Source: a virus
Length of the DNA stretch: 64,000 nucleotides
IMG/VR virus record: IMGVR_UViG_3300028400_000004
Coordinates: 19,754 to 83,753 of that record
Strand: one strand, 5' to 3'
Below the pieces are notes generated by a model. The model did not search any database, had not been told where the DNA came from, and saw only the letters and a list, made by a program, of their open reading frames with translations. Shown here piece after piece: positions 49,664 through 59,375 of this stretch. Both the position numbers and the translations under genes were made by a program. The first letter of the stretch is position 1; the number at the start of each line of letters is the position of its first letter.

Positions 49664-50671
49664 ATGCTAGTTACTACAGATTTACATTTTACGGATAGAC
49701 GTTTAGACAGTTATAGGTTCAAGGTATTTGATTGGTTGCATGAATTGTTGGATGAGAAAGAAGAACCTATTTCTATTTTAGGAGATATTACAGACGCAAA
49801 GGATAATCATTCTAACAAATTGATAAACACTATTGTGGATGGACTTGTTTCATTAGCAAATAGAGTCCCTGTTTATATATTAAAAGGTAACCATGATTTT
49901 AAGGACCCAAAAGTTCCATTGTTTAGGTTCTTAAAATATATTCCTAATATTGAATTTTTTATTGAACCTGCATTAGTAGAAACTAGCTTAGGACAGTCTT
50001 GTTATCTTCCTTACGTAAAAAATCCTAGCCACGTATGGAAAAAATATAGTAGTATTATTAAAAAAGCAGATATAGTATTTACACATATAACATTTGATAG
50101 GGCTTTGCCTTCTAACGGCCCTCCGTTAGAAGGTGTTTCTATTGATTTATTACATAATATTGGTTATGATGGATATGTTTTTAGTGGAGATATACATATA
50201 CCACAACAATTAGGTAAGGTTATTTATGTAGGCAGCCCTTATCATATTCATTTTGGTGACGATAATAGGCATGATCCTAGAATAATTAGAATAAATAGAG
50301 ATCATAGTTTTACTGAATATAAATTTAATACTATAAATAAGTTAACTATAAAAGTAGAAACAGTAAACGATTTAGAAAACTTTAATATAAAAAATGGAGA
50401 TCAGATTAAGTTAATTGTAAGATACAATAAAGTTTCAGTGGAAGACCCTAAAAAGGTAGCTAACAAGATTATAAATAAAATAAAAAAAGTAGGTGGTATT
50501 ATATATTCTACGAAGTTTGAACCTTATGCTGAATTTGATAAAACTAAAATTGAGTTAAAACAAAAAACAGATATTGAAATTGTTTCTGAATTAGTTAAAG
50601 AACATAAATTAGATAAGAAGTTTTTTGAATTGGCAAAAGCGATTATAGAGGCCGGTAATGATAGAAGTTAA
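49664..50671 (+). CDS. SbcD/Mre11-like nuclease
   Basis: TDLH, GDI, GNHD, GDIH and YVGSP motifs. Confidence 0.9.
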   Translation: MLVTTDLHFTDRRLDSYRFKVFDWLHELLDEKEEPISILGDITDAKDNHSNKLINTIVDGLVSLANRVPVYILKGNHDFKDPKVPLFRFLKYIPNIEFFIEPALVETSLGQSCYLPYVKNPSHVWKKYSSIIKKADIVFTHITFDRALPSNGPPLEGVSIDLLHNIGYDGYVFSGDIHIPQQLGKVIYVGSPYHIHFGDDNRHDPRIIRINRDHSFTEYKFNTINKLTIKVETVNDLENFNIKNGDQIKLIVRYNKVSVEDPKKVANKIINKIKKVGGIIYSTKFEPYAEFDKTKIELKQKTDIEIVSELVKEHKLDKKFFELAKAIIEAGNDRS

Positions 50672-52508
50672 AAAATTAGTTTTATTTAATTTTAAGTCTT
50701 TCGCTGGGAAGCATACTTTAGAGTTTCCAGAAGGTATAGGCTTGAATTATGTATATGGAATTAATAATGCAGATGAGGGTTTGTATGCAAATGCTGCTGG
50801 CAAGACTACTTTGTTCGATGCCCTTACTTGGGTTTTGTATGGAAAAAGTAGTAGAGGATTGCGAGGTAAGGACGTTATTTCTTGGGGGAAAAAAGAGTGC
50901 AGTGTAGAACTTACTTTATTTATAGATAATAATGAATATGTAATTAAGCGTTCATCAAAAAGTAATACGGTTATTATTAACGATGATGAGTATGAAAATA
51001 TAAATAAGATAATTGATTTGTCATATGGCGAGTTTTTGGGTTCTGTCTTTATAGGACAATTTGCTCAGACGTTTTTAGACAAGAAGCAATCAGAGAGGGT
51101 TGAGCTTTTTTCTAATTTATTAAATATAGACAGGTGGGATATATATGCGGAGACGTGTAAGAAGTTAAAATCAATAGTTGAATATGAATATAAACAAAAA
51201 GTAATGGAATTGAATGGCAAGAAGTTGGCATTAAAAAGTCATAATCTGAGACTAGAAGAATTTTATAATAAGAAAAAGGAAGTAACTGATAAATTAGAAA
51301 AAGAGATTGAGAAGATAAAAAGTAATAAAATTAATGTTGAAAATAAATTAGAGGAAATAAAAAACTCTCTAAGTGTTGATACTGAGAATTTAAAATTATT
51401 AAACAAAGAATTAACTGAATTAAACAATGAAGTCACAAAATATACGGAAATGATTACAAAATATGAACGTACTAGGAGGGAGGCTGAAAAAAAATTAATT
51501 ATGACAAAATCATATTATGGCTATATAAACAAAGAGTATGAAAATTTCATGAAAATGGTTAATACCGGTTATTGTAGTTTATGTAAATCAGAGTTACAAG
51601 AGGATAGAATAGAAAGTCGTAAAGTAGAACTTCTTACTAAGAAAAAGGAAGCAAAAGGTATTTGGGATAGATATTATATGAATGTAAATAAATCTAATAA
51701 TTATATAAAAACTACAGAGGAGAAACTTAATAAAGTTTTAGAAAAGAAGAATGAATTAACTGCTGTTATTAATAACTTAAAAGAGGTTATTGATAAGAAA
51801 AGGAAAAAGAGAGATAAATTTAATATTATACTTCATTCCATAAACAAAGAAATTAAGATAAAAGAAGATGTTTTGCGAGAACGTTTTGGGGATGAAGAAC
51901 AATTATTGTTACAGACGAAAGAGGCTTTAGAAAAGGATATTGCAGAGTTACAGAAAGATGTGGATGACAATTACGAATTAAAAACAATATATGATTTTTG
52001 GTACGAAGCATTTTATCAAATAAAAATTAAACAAATTTATGAATCTATTGATTATTTGAATATTGAAATAGAGAACATTGTAAATCTTATGGGGTTAAAA
52101 GGCTGGGATATAAAGTTTAAGTTGAATTCTGATAAAATAAAAAGAAGGTCAAAGTATTTTGACATTTTGATTCGATCAGATAAGTCTGATAATTATGTTA
52201 AATGGGAATCTTGGAGTGGTGGTGAAACGCAACGGTTGCGATTGGCCGTAATGCTAGGATTGTTTAGTCTTATATCTATGCAACATAGAAAGGTATTTAA
52301 TATCTTAGTTTTAGATGAACCTACACACCATGTAGATAAAGAAGGTATTACTGATTTATTAAATGCTTTTAATGAATTTGCAGAACAGAATAATAAACAA
52401 ATTTGGCTTATTGATCATAATACATTAGATTATGGAGGATTTAATAATGTATTTTTAGTAGAAAAAGGCATAAATGGTTCAGAAATCAAAAAGATCACAG
52501 CTACCTAA
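50658..52508 (+). CDS. SbcC/Rad50-like ATPase
   Basis: NFKSF, NAAGKT, CxxC hook, SGGE and LDEP motifs. Confidence 0.9.
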   Translation: MIEVKKLVLFNFKSFAGKHTLEFPEGIGLNYVYGINNADEGLYANAAGKTTLFDALTWVLYGKSSRGLRGKDVISWGKKECSVELTLFIDNNEYVIKRSSKSNTVIINDDEYENINKIIDLSYGEFLGSVFIGQFAQTFLDKKQSERVELFSNLLNIDRWDIYAETCKKLKSIVEYEYKQKVMELNGKKLALKSHNLRLEEFYNKKKEVTDKLEKEIEKIKSNKINVENKLEEIKNSLSVDTENLKLLNKELTELNNEVTKYTEMITKYERTRREAEKKLIMTKSYYGYINKEYENFMKMVNTGYCSLCKSELQEDRIESRKVELLTKKKEAKGIWDRYYMNVNKSNNYIKTTEEKLNKVLEKKNELTAVINNLKEVIDKKRKKRDKFNIILHSINKEIKIKEDVLRERFGDEEQLLLQTKEALEKDIAELQKDVDDNYELKTIYDFWYEAFYQIKIKQIYESIDYLNIEIENIVNLMGLKGWDIKFKLNSDKIKRRSKYFDILIRSDKSDNYVKWESWSGGETQRLRLAVMLGLFSLISMQHRKVFNILVLDEPTHHVDKEGITDLLNAFNEFAEQNNKQIWLIDHNTLDYGGFNNVFLVEKGINGSEIKKITAT

Positions 52509-53904
52509 AGCACCTATAACCATTATAGATGCAATAAAGGATAAGAACTTATTTGCACCGTGGTTTGAGGGAGAATGGGAGTCCTGGGAAAATTGGCTTG
52601 TTTTCTTAAAAGCAATTTTTGGATTAAAACTAAATAAAAAAGAGTTAAACAAGCTTGCAAAATTTACAGGCAGAAAAGTTCCTTTAAGCGGCAGGGCTGA
52701 CGAATGTTGGCTTATATGCGGAAGGAGGTCTGGTAAGAGTTTTATAGTAGCTTTAGTAGCTGCATATTTGGCTACTTTTATAAATTGGAAACAATTTTTG
52801 AAGCCGGGCGAGCGTGGAATGGTTGTTATCATAGCTTCTGATAGAAAACAAGCCAGGGCAATATTCAATTATCTTACTGCTTTTATTACAGGAATTCCAT
52901 TATTAAATAAAATGGTAACTAGGAAAACCAATGAAATATTTGAGCTTTCTAATCAAGTCTCCATAGAAATACAGACAGCTAGTTTTAGGTCTGTCAGAGG
53001 TTATACGATTGTTGCAGCATTGTTGGATGAGGTAGCCTTCTGGTCTGATGAGACTTCGACAAATCCTGATAAAGAGATACTAACGGCGTTACGTCCTGCA
53101 ATGGCTACAATTCCAGGTGCCATGCTGTTTGCAGCCTCCAGTCCATATTATGAGTCGGGAATATTGTATGAGGCATATAACGAATATTATGGAAAGGACG
53201 ATAAAGGCATTATCGTATGGAAGGGTCCTACATGGGATATGAATCCTACTATACCAGAAGAATTTTTCAATAAAGAAAAAGAAAAAGACCCAATATCTTT
53301 TATGTCTGAATATGGTGCTGAGTTTAGAAAGGGTGCACAGGGCCTCTTTACTAGAGAAATTTTAGATAATGTAACTGTAAAAAATAGATTTGAATTGCCA
53401 TATAATAGTAATTATGAATATATAGCATTTGTTGATCCATCGGGTGGTATATCAGACTCTTATGTATTAGCAATAGCGCATGAACAAGATAGTAAACGTG
53501 TTTTAGACTTAGTTAGAGAATATAAGCCTCCATTTTCACCAGACGAAGTTACTGCTGAGATTGCTAGTATTGTACGCCAGTATGGATTGACAGAAGTTTT
53601 TGGTGATAATTATGCAGGTGAATGGCCAAAAGAAGCGTTTAGTAGATATGATATAAAATATAATAAATCGCCATTATCAAGAAGTGCTATTTATAGTGAG
53701 TTAATACCTAAAATAAATTCAGGTACAGTAGAATTGTTGGACGATCAGGATTTGTATATGCAGCTTTTAGGATTGGTTCGTAGGCCAGGAAAACGTGGAA
53801 GGGACGTAATAGACCACCAACGAGGTAAGCATGATGACGTTGCAAACGCGGCTGCCGGGGCGTTGGTGCTTACCAAGGTCAGGGATCCTGTAGAATTATG
53901 GTAA
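52474..53904 (+). CDS. Terminase large subunit
   Basis: GRRSGKS, LLDE, ASSP, VDPSGG and HDDVANA motifs. Confidence 0.9.
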   Translation: MVQKSKRSQLPKAPITIIDAIKDKNLFAPWFEGEWESWENWLVFLKAIFGLKLNKKELNKLAKFTGRKVPLSGRADECWLICGRRSGKSFIVALVAAYLATFINWKQFLKPGERGMVVIIASDRKQARAIFNYLTAFITGIPLLNKMVTRKTNEIFELSNQVSIEIQTASFRSVRGYTIVAALLDEVAFWSDETSTNPDKEILTALRPAMATIPGAMLFAASSPYYESGILYEAYNEYYGKDDKGIIVWKGPTWDMNPTIPEEFFNKEKEKDPISFMSEYGAEFRKGAQGLFTREILDNVTVKNRFELPYNSNYEYIAFVDPSGGISDSYVLAIAHEQDSKRVLDLVREYKPPFSPDEVTAEIASIVRQYGLTEVFGDNYAGEWPKEAFSRYDIKYNKSPLSRSAIYSELIPKINSGTVELLDDQDLYMQLLGLVRRPGKRGRDVIDHQRGKHDDVANAAAGALVLTKVRDPVELW

Positions 53905-53931
53905 AAAAAAGCCCCAACATGATGTTGGGGC
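53903..53931 (-). terminator. Intrinsic terminator of the leftward unit
   Basis: GCCCCAACAT/ATGTTGGGGC stem followed by 8 U on the minus strand. Confidence 0.8.
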
Positions 53932-53960
53932 AAAGTGCCGCTCTCAGGGAGGGAGGGAAG

Positions 53961-54275
53961 TCATTTTACGATGATGATTTTAGCACGTTCTCGCACCTCT
54001 GTAAAGTGTTCAACGAACTCTTTTCCTGTTTCTTCTTCTAGTTTCTTTTTATTAAAGAACTTATAGGATTCTTTAGTGATTTTAATTGCGTGCGTATTAC
54101 CTTCAATGAATCCATATTTTCCTTCAAAATGTTTTCTGATTTCTTTTTTCTTATTTTCTAATTCTTTGATCGTTTTGTCAAGGTGAACATACAGATCAAC
54201 AAAACGTTTTAGCTTTTCTTGTTCGGTAATTTTTTTGGCCGTTTTTACAGTATTGATAGTGTCAATGGTAGCCAT
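53961..54275 (-). CDS. Hypothetical protein
   Basis: AAGGAG SD; coiled-coil N-terminus. Confidence 0.65.
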   Translation of the reverse strand: MATIDTINTVKTAKKITEQEKLKRFVDLYVHLDKTIKELENKKKEIRKHFEGKYGFIEGNTHAIKITKESYKFFNKKKLEEETGKEFVEHFTEVRERAKIIIVK

Positions 54276-54285
54276 AACATTCTCC

Positions 54286-54597
54286 TTAAATATAAGTTAA
54301 TTCTCTAATAAAAATTTTATATAGTTTTGTATTATTAGTGTTGGGCTTGTTGTTGTTCCCAACAACGATATATAGGATAACATCATCTTCTGAGAATGTC
54401 AATGGTGTTTTTGATTCATTAGGAATAGTAAAGTCCAATAGTTTTTCTAAAAACCCTACAACTTTTGTGTCTGTAATTTTGAATTTGTCAATATTTGGAA
54501 TTTCTGATTTAAGTTGATCTACTTTAATTTCTAGAAAATTTAGCGTAGTATTTGATGGAATGTCTTTAATGTTTAACTTATTTACCATATAGTACAT
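54286..54597 (-). CDS. Hypothetical protein
   Basis: GAGG SD; operon. Confidence 0.55.
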   Translation of the reverse strand: MYYMVNKLNIKDIPSNTTLNFLEIKVDQLKSEIPNIDKFKITDTKVVGFLEKLLDFTIPNESKTPLTFSEDDVILYIVVGNNNKPNTNNTKLYKIFIRELTYI

Positions 54598-54610
54598 TTA
54601 TTTATCCTCA

Positions 54611-55792
54611 TTAAATATGGTTGATTTTTGCAAATTCAAAGTCGCCTTTAATGCTGTTTGAGCAATCAATATCCGTAGATAATACTAATAATTTTTTATT
54701 CAATATAGTTGCGTCGGTCTTGTCAATATAACCGTCTGTTACTAGCACATATAAATCAAAATCTTCATTTAGTTCTTTTGCGAAGACTAGTCCAATATTC
54801 ATATCAGTACCACCGCCTCCAGACACTCTTATTCCTTGAAATTTGTTTTGTAGATTATCATCATGATTGAACTCACAAGCTATTTCTGCAGACGTATCAC
54901 AAGTTATAATTTTACCACTTATCTTTGCGAATGTAGTAGCGGCAATTATTTCCATTAGTATATTAGTTAGACCCCGCTCCATAATACTTCCAGAAACATC
55001 TACAATGAAGCAAAGGTTTAATGTATTGTCATATGTTCCTGGTAGAATAAAGTCATCAGTAGATAGCGGGTTTCTAACAAAATATGAGTAGTCGTCATGT
55101 CCTTTAACAGTATTAACACACTGTGATACGATAAGTCTCCAATCTATAACTGGTGTAACAGCTTTGGTAAATAAAGACTTGATGATAGAATCCCCTTTTG
55201 AATCTCCAATAGCAGATTCAATGGACAGACCAGCTTGTATTTGTGATTTTAATTTTTCTAATGTTTCCTTATTTTTAGAATTAGAAATATTGTTCTTGTC
55301 AAATCCTTCTAAAACAGGATATTCTATGTTGGAATTTTTTGATTTTTTTAATAAGTATTCATAGATTTCATCGGTACTTCCAAAATTATCAAAGTTTTTA
55401 TTATATAAGGCATTTTTTGGGAGTTTTACTTTATTTTCTTTTAATATTTTTCCATTAATATAAAAGTCTGCTGCTATGTTATATATATTAGGAATGATTT
55501 CCGGCATAAACATTCTATCAAGATGCCCTAAAACTGCATGCATTATTTCATGCAATATGATACCTGCTATACTATCTACTTTTTCTTTTTCTATAAATTT
55601 ATCAGAAAAATAAACAACAAATTTATCATGTTCGTAAGTTACAAATGCAACATTAGTTGCATTTCCGGTCTGTTCTAAAATCCATTGTTCTTCTTTAATA
55701 TTGAAACTGTTTTCATAAATAGCATATAATAAAAATTTATATTTTAATTGTAGTTTCATTTTTGCAGCTATTAGTTTTTCCTTTAGTTCCAT
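54611..55792 (-). CDS. HExxH metallopeptidase-like + vWA domain protein (DUF2201-like)
   Basis: LHEIMH, NIAADFYIN, DVSGS MIDAS, GGGGTD and TDG motifs. Confidence 0.85.
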   Translation of the reverse strand: MELKEKLIAAKMKLQLKYKFLLYAIYENSFNIKEEQWILEQTGNATNVAFVTYEHDKFVVYFSDKFIEKEKVDSIAGIILHEIMHAVLGHLDRMFMPEIIPNIYNIAADFYINGKILKENKVKLPKNALYNKNFDNFGSTDEIYEYLLKKSKNSNIEYPVLEGFDKNNISNSKNKETLEKLKSQIQAGLSIESAIGDSKGDSIIKSLFTKAVTPVIDWRLIVSQCVNTVKGHDDYSYFVRNPLSTDDFILPGTYDNTLNLCFIVDVSGSIMERGLTNILMEIIAATTFAKISGKIITCDTSAEIACEFNHDDNLQNKFQGIRVSGGGGTDMNIGLVFAKELNEDFDLYVLVTDGYIDKTDATILNKKLLVLSTDIDCSNSIKGDFEFAKINHI

Positions 55793-56832
55793 TATTTAAT
55801 CTCCTTATATTTCCTAATAATATTCACGTCGTTGCTTAGTTTTGATAGGAAAAATTGAGGATCAAAGTTTTTACTACTATTACCAATGATTTTATAGAAT
55901 AGGATTAATTTTTCATCATCCATATAATCTAATGCTTTTCTTATATTGACAATAGCTTCGTCTTTTTCAATTAATGCGTCAATGGCATGAAAGGCTAGAT
56001 TTACAGTCAATGCAATCTCAACACCTAGGTCTGATAACTTTTTCATTTCTGAGAAGTCGCCTGATTTGATTTTATCAATATTAGGCATTTTCTTTACATA
56101 TTTTACATAGGTCATAAAATCTGCGGCGGCTCCTGGACCTACAATTCCTTGTAAATGAGTTAATGTTGGTTTAAAAATCTTTAACCAATCACTAACAAAT
56201 TCCCATGCACGAAAGGTAGGAAAGCAAGTTTCTCCAGTTCTTGGAGGTTTATATCCGAATCTAGGTGCCCAGGATAGAAACCCAATAACGTCTTTATTAA
56301 ACCCTTTTTTGATTGCGTGCGTAATAAAAGTTTTAACGCAAGGTTCAACATGGAAATGCATGTTGAATCTATTAGCAAGCGCAGGTAATAGAGGTTTGGC
56401 ACCTGTGTTATCCTTTACTCGGTTTCCTGCCGCGATAATCATTACATTGTCGGGAAGTTGTGAGAACTCGCGAAGTTCTCTATCCAGAATAACGCGATAA
56501 GCTGCATGCTGTAATGATTGCGGGGCGTTGGTAATTTCATCAAAAAATAGAATAATATTTTTTGTTTTCGATGATTTAATAATTTTTTGATACCATTCAG
56601 GATTTCCCCAAACAAATTCTTGATTTCTGTTGACGTGTGGAACACCTAGAAAAGTAGCCAAATCCATTGTGGATAGTCGAACATCCACAAGCTCCATGTC
56701 AAATTCATCCGCAAGTTGCTTTACAATGGCACTTTTCCCAATGCCAGGTGCAGAGTGAATCATCAAAGACACATTAAGCCAGTCTGATTGAATAATTTTT
56801 CTAATATCATTTTTTACATCGGCGATATTCAT
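55792..56832 (-). CDS. MoxR/dynein-related AAA+ ATPase
   Basis: PGIGKS, DVRLS, FFDEI, AAGN and ALANRF motifs. Confidence 0.88.
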   Translation of the reverse strand: MNIADVKNDIRKIIQSDWLNVSLMIHSAPGIGKSAIVKQLADEFDMELVDVRLSTMDLATFLGVPHVNRNQEFVWGNPEWYQKIIKSSKTKNIILFFDEITNAPQSLQHAAYRVILDRELREFSQLPDNVMIIAAGNRVKDNTGAKPLLPALANRFNMHFHVEPCVKTFITHAIKKGFNKDVIGFLSWAPRFGYKPPRTGETCFPTFRAWEFVSDWLKIFKPTLTHLQGIVGPGAAADFMTYVKYVKKMPNIDKIKSGDFSEMKKLSDLGVEIALTVNLAFHAIDALIEKDEAIVNIRKALDYMDDEKLILFYKIIGNSSKNFDPQFFLSKLSNDVNIIRKYKEIK

Positions 56833-56945
56833 TACTTACTCCGTCATTGGTTTGAACAAGTAGATTGTATCAAATAGGTTAGGGCGTGGTGTTTGAATGT
56901 TTTTATGTTAGTATAAATAAATTTTATAATAATGTTTTTATGGTT

Positions 56946-57359
56946 TTATTTTAGTTTGAATCCATAAGAAGTGATGATTGTTGGGTAAGGTTGTGCATAC
57001 CTATAAGAAGGTATAAACGTTATATAGAATCGTTTGATTTCTAACTGAAAATGAGGAAGCAATCCACTATATTTTGTATTTATGCCTGTATATCTTACAT
57101 AAGAGTTTCCCATTCTTAGCGGCCCAACATAAATACCAAAAGAAGAAAATAGTAAAGGTTTTCCTACACTATTTTGGAAAAACCCGTTTTGCCAGTACCA
57201 CCCATTTTCTGATTTATAATCAAAGGCCAGTCCTGGGTGTATGTATTGTAGGCTTTTGTTTGCTTTGAAGTGGTAAGAAAACGCGATTGGAGAAAAGCTG
57301 AATTCATCAGAAAAAACGTTTGATGAAAATATAAATAATATAATTAGCAGTTTTTTCAT
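56946..57359 (-). CDS. Secreted/outer-membrane beta-rich protein
   Basis: Signal peptide; SYHF..HPGL..FQNS pattern; aromatic-rich strands. Confidence 0.5.
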   Translation of the reverse strand: MKKLLIILFIFSSNVFSDEFSFSPIAFSYHFKANKSLQYIHPGLAFDYKSENGWYWQNGFFQNSVGKPLLFSSFGIYVGPLRMGNSYVRYTGINTKYSGLLPHFQLEIKRFYITFIPSYRYAQPYPTIITSYGFKLK

Positions 57360-57384
57360 GATACATTCCTTTGTTTATAAAAAA

Positions 57385-57461
57385 TGGAGCCGATGGTGGG
57401 ACTCGAACCCACAACCTACTGAGTACAAATCAGTTGCTCTGACCAATTGAGCTACATCGGC
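57385..57461 (-). tRNA. tRNA-Thr(UGU)
   Basis: Cloverleaf; anticodon arm ACTGA-TTTGTAC-TCAGT; GGTTCGAGTCC; encoded CCA. Confidence 0.93.
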
Positions 57462-57470
57462 CTTGTTATT

Positions 57471-57683
57471 TTATTTATACCAAGGGCATCTGTCTGGGTG
57501 ATTACAATAGGCTGGGTGTGCGTTCTCTAGTGATCCCATGGATTCAGGAACATTCCATTCACAAGAAGCACATGAACTTGGTTCTTCACCGGGGTCGTAG
57601 CATTTTCCACCTCCAGGTCTGTGTGGGAACGGATATGCATTGCATTTGCACGTTTCTGATTGTCGCTTCTTTTTTAATAACAT
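57471..57683 (-). CDS. Cys-rich hypothetical protein
   Basis: CKCNAYPFPHRPGGGKC motif. Confidence 0.6.
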   Translation of the reverse strand: MLLKKKRQSETCKCNAYPFPHRPGGGKCYDPGEEPSSCASCEWNVPESMGSLENAHPAYCNHPDRCPWYK

Positions 57684-58030
57684 TTAACCTCTCCATTTTT
57701 GTAATGAATAATACAATTCGGCTTATCATCAAAATATAAACCTTTGAATTCTGAGTTTTTTATATGATTTTCAATATATTTTTCTGCATTTTCTCCATAA
57801 ATTTCAGGACAATCTGTGCCTTTATAAATTTCATGCCACCTGTCCCCACAACATGGACAGTCAATTCCTTTGTCTGCCCCATTAAAATATATCCCAATTT
57901 CTTTAGCTTTTTTCTCAGCTTCTTTGACAGAATTAGCTTCTATGATTGTGTAAATTGAATACTCGTTTTCTTTATATTTGAAATATCCATAAGAATTGTT
58001 TTGTACATAAGTATAAAACATAGCTATCAC
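57674..58030 (-). CDS. Hypothetical phage protein
   Basis: QNNSYG..IEA..GIYFNG..DCPCCGDRW. Confidence 0.7.
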   Translation of the reverse strand: MIAMFYTYVQNNSYGYFKYKENEYSIYTIIEANSVKEAEKKAKEIGIYFNGADKGIDCPCCGDRWHEIYKGTDCPEIYGENAEKYIENHIKNSEFKGLYFDDKPNCIIHYKNGEVKCY

Positions 58031-58042
58031 TCCGTTTTAATT

Positions 58043-58359
58043 TGGTGGGCCTGCCAGGGCTCGAACCTGGAACCAAGCGATTCAGTTATCCTTATGTTTC
58101 CATAAGGGCTGGACTATATCATCACCCTCAGCATTATCTGTTAGGGTGTCGGGCGCTATTGTGGTATTACTGTGGACGCCTCCACAACCCACTAGTCTCT
58201 GCACCTTTCAGTCAGGATCGTGACTGGCTTGGCTCAGGGTTGCCATATTGCTCATGCAATTTAGGTTTCCCTGAATTCACCCGATTTTTCAACCAACATT
58301 TCTGTTGGAAGTCACCTTCAAGGATGAGTCGCTCGCTCTACCGATTGAGCTACAGGCCC
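58043..58359 (-). tRNA. tRNA-Ile2(CAU) interrupted by a group I intron (exons 58324-58359 and 58043-58082)
   Basis: Spliced GGGCCTGTAGCTCAATCGGTAGAGCGAGCGACTCAT^AATCGCTTGGTTCCAGGTTCGAGCCCTGGCAGGCCCACCA; anticodon arm of the Ile2 type. Confidence 0.9.
58083..58323 (-). ncRNA. Group I intron (IC3-like), 241 nt, no ORF
   Basis: P AAUUCAGGGAAAC, Q AACCCUGAGCCAA, R GCAGAGACUAG, S GAUAUAGUCC; terminal G; U.G at the 5' splice site. Confidence 0.93.
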
Positions 58360-58365
58360 GGAAAG

Positions 58366-58444
58366 GGCAGCGATCCGCTGGCTGGTCGGACTTCAACCGA
58401 CAGGCTAGCAACGCCGCCCTGCGCTACACAGCCAGCTTCACGCC
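58366..58444 (-). ncRNA. Putative tRNA-like ncRNA, copy 2 (about 79 nt)
   Basis: GCUGGCUG/CAGCCAGC stem; T-arm-like GUCGG-UUGAAGU-CCGAC; ends shared with 18357-18502. Confidence 0.7.
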
Positions 58445-58474
58445 ATTAAATTTTAATTAACTCAAAGCCTCCTG

Positions 58475-58999
58475 TCAAGTGTCTATCCAGGTTTGTATAT
58501 GAATTTTTCCAGTATCTTTATATAGATTTTCTAGTAGATGATATAAATTTTTTCCACCGTCTGTTAGGTCGTTATAGGTACATATCCATTCCCCATTACT
58601 CCAACCTGTAGAACCTATTGTTACTATAGCTAAGTATGGAATAGATACTAATTTGTCTGGAGAACTTTCATTATAAAAATTAGGAAAATGTTTTTTAATT
58701 TTGTTTTTATAATGATCAGTTTCTTTGACTGAATAATTAATAAACTCTACCGTAGATAGACTTGAAATATCAATATTTGGTAATTCTTCATCAAAATCAT
58801 CACCTAAGTAAGATTCATCAAATATAATATGATTATACCCTCCAGCACATTGCATAAACCCATTATTTTCTGATTCATTAGGTACTACTACTAATCTTAC
58901 AAAGGTACCACCTTCCCCTGTAGATTCCATTTTATCTGTAGGGAATTTTACGAAACCAGAAATTGCTTTTTTGTTTCTTCGGTTCATGGTTATTACCAA
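58475..58999 (-). CDS. Hypothetical protein
   Basis: 174-aa ORF between tRNAs. Confidence 0.6.
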   Translation of the reverse strand: MVITMNRRNKKAISGFVKFPTDKMESTGEGGTFVRLVVVPNESENNGFMQCAGGYNHIIFDESYLGDDFDEELPNIDISSLSTVEFINYSVKETDHYKNKIKKHFPNFYNESSPDKLVSIPYLAIVTIGSTGWSNGEWICTYNDLTDGGKNLYHLLENLYKDTGKIHIQTWIDT

Positions 59000-59012
59000 T
59001 ATATAAATGTGT

Positions 59013-59089
59013 TGGCGGGCATGGTAGGACTCGAACCTACATCTAATGGATTAGAAGTCCATTGCTTTATCCAATTAAGCTACATGCCC
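59013..59089 (-). tRNA. tRNA-Arg(UCU)
   Basis: Anticodon arm ATGGA-CTTCTAA-TCCAT; T loop; CCA. Confidence 0.95.
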
Positions 59090-59099
59090 TGAGTAATAG

Positions 59100-59366
59100 T
59101 TAACTTTTTACATACTTACATTTTTTGTATTTAGCCTTTTGATCCTTTTCTTTTTGCAGTGCTTTTTTATAATTCTCTAATCGCCTTTCTGCGTGTTCTA
59201 ATTTTTCAAAATGGCAGTACTTATCTACAAAATCATCAAAACTCCACCAATGATTATTATTTTCTTTATCAAGGAATTCCCACTGAAAATATGATGTTAA
59301 TTTTCTAATGAAAAAATGATTATTACACTCTACAATATGAGGGTTGAATGGATTATAAATTTTCAT
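59100..59366 (-). CDS. Hypothetical protein (paralog family A)
   Basis: MKIYNPF..HI.E..FIRK. Confidence 0.65.
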   Translation of the reverse strand: MKIYNPFNPHIVECNNHFFIRKLTSYFQWEFLDKENNNHWWSFDDFVDKYCHFEKLEHAERRLENYKKALQKEKDQKAKYKKCKYVKS

Positions 59367-59375
59367 ATCTGACTC

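Noticed and set aside
58042-58449. 135-aa + strand ORF
   Set aside because: It is the antisense of the tRNA, intron and ncRNA
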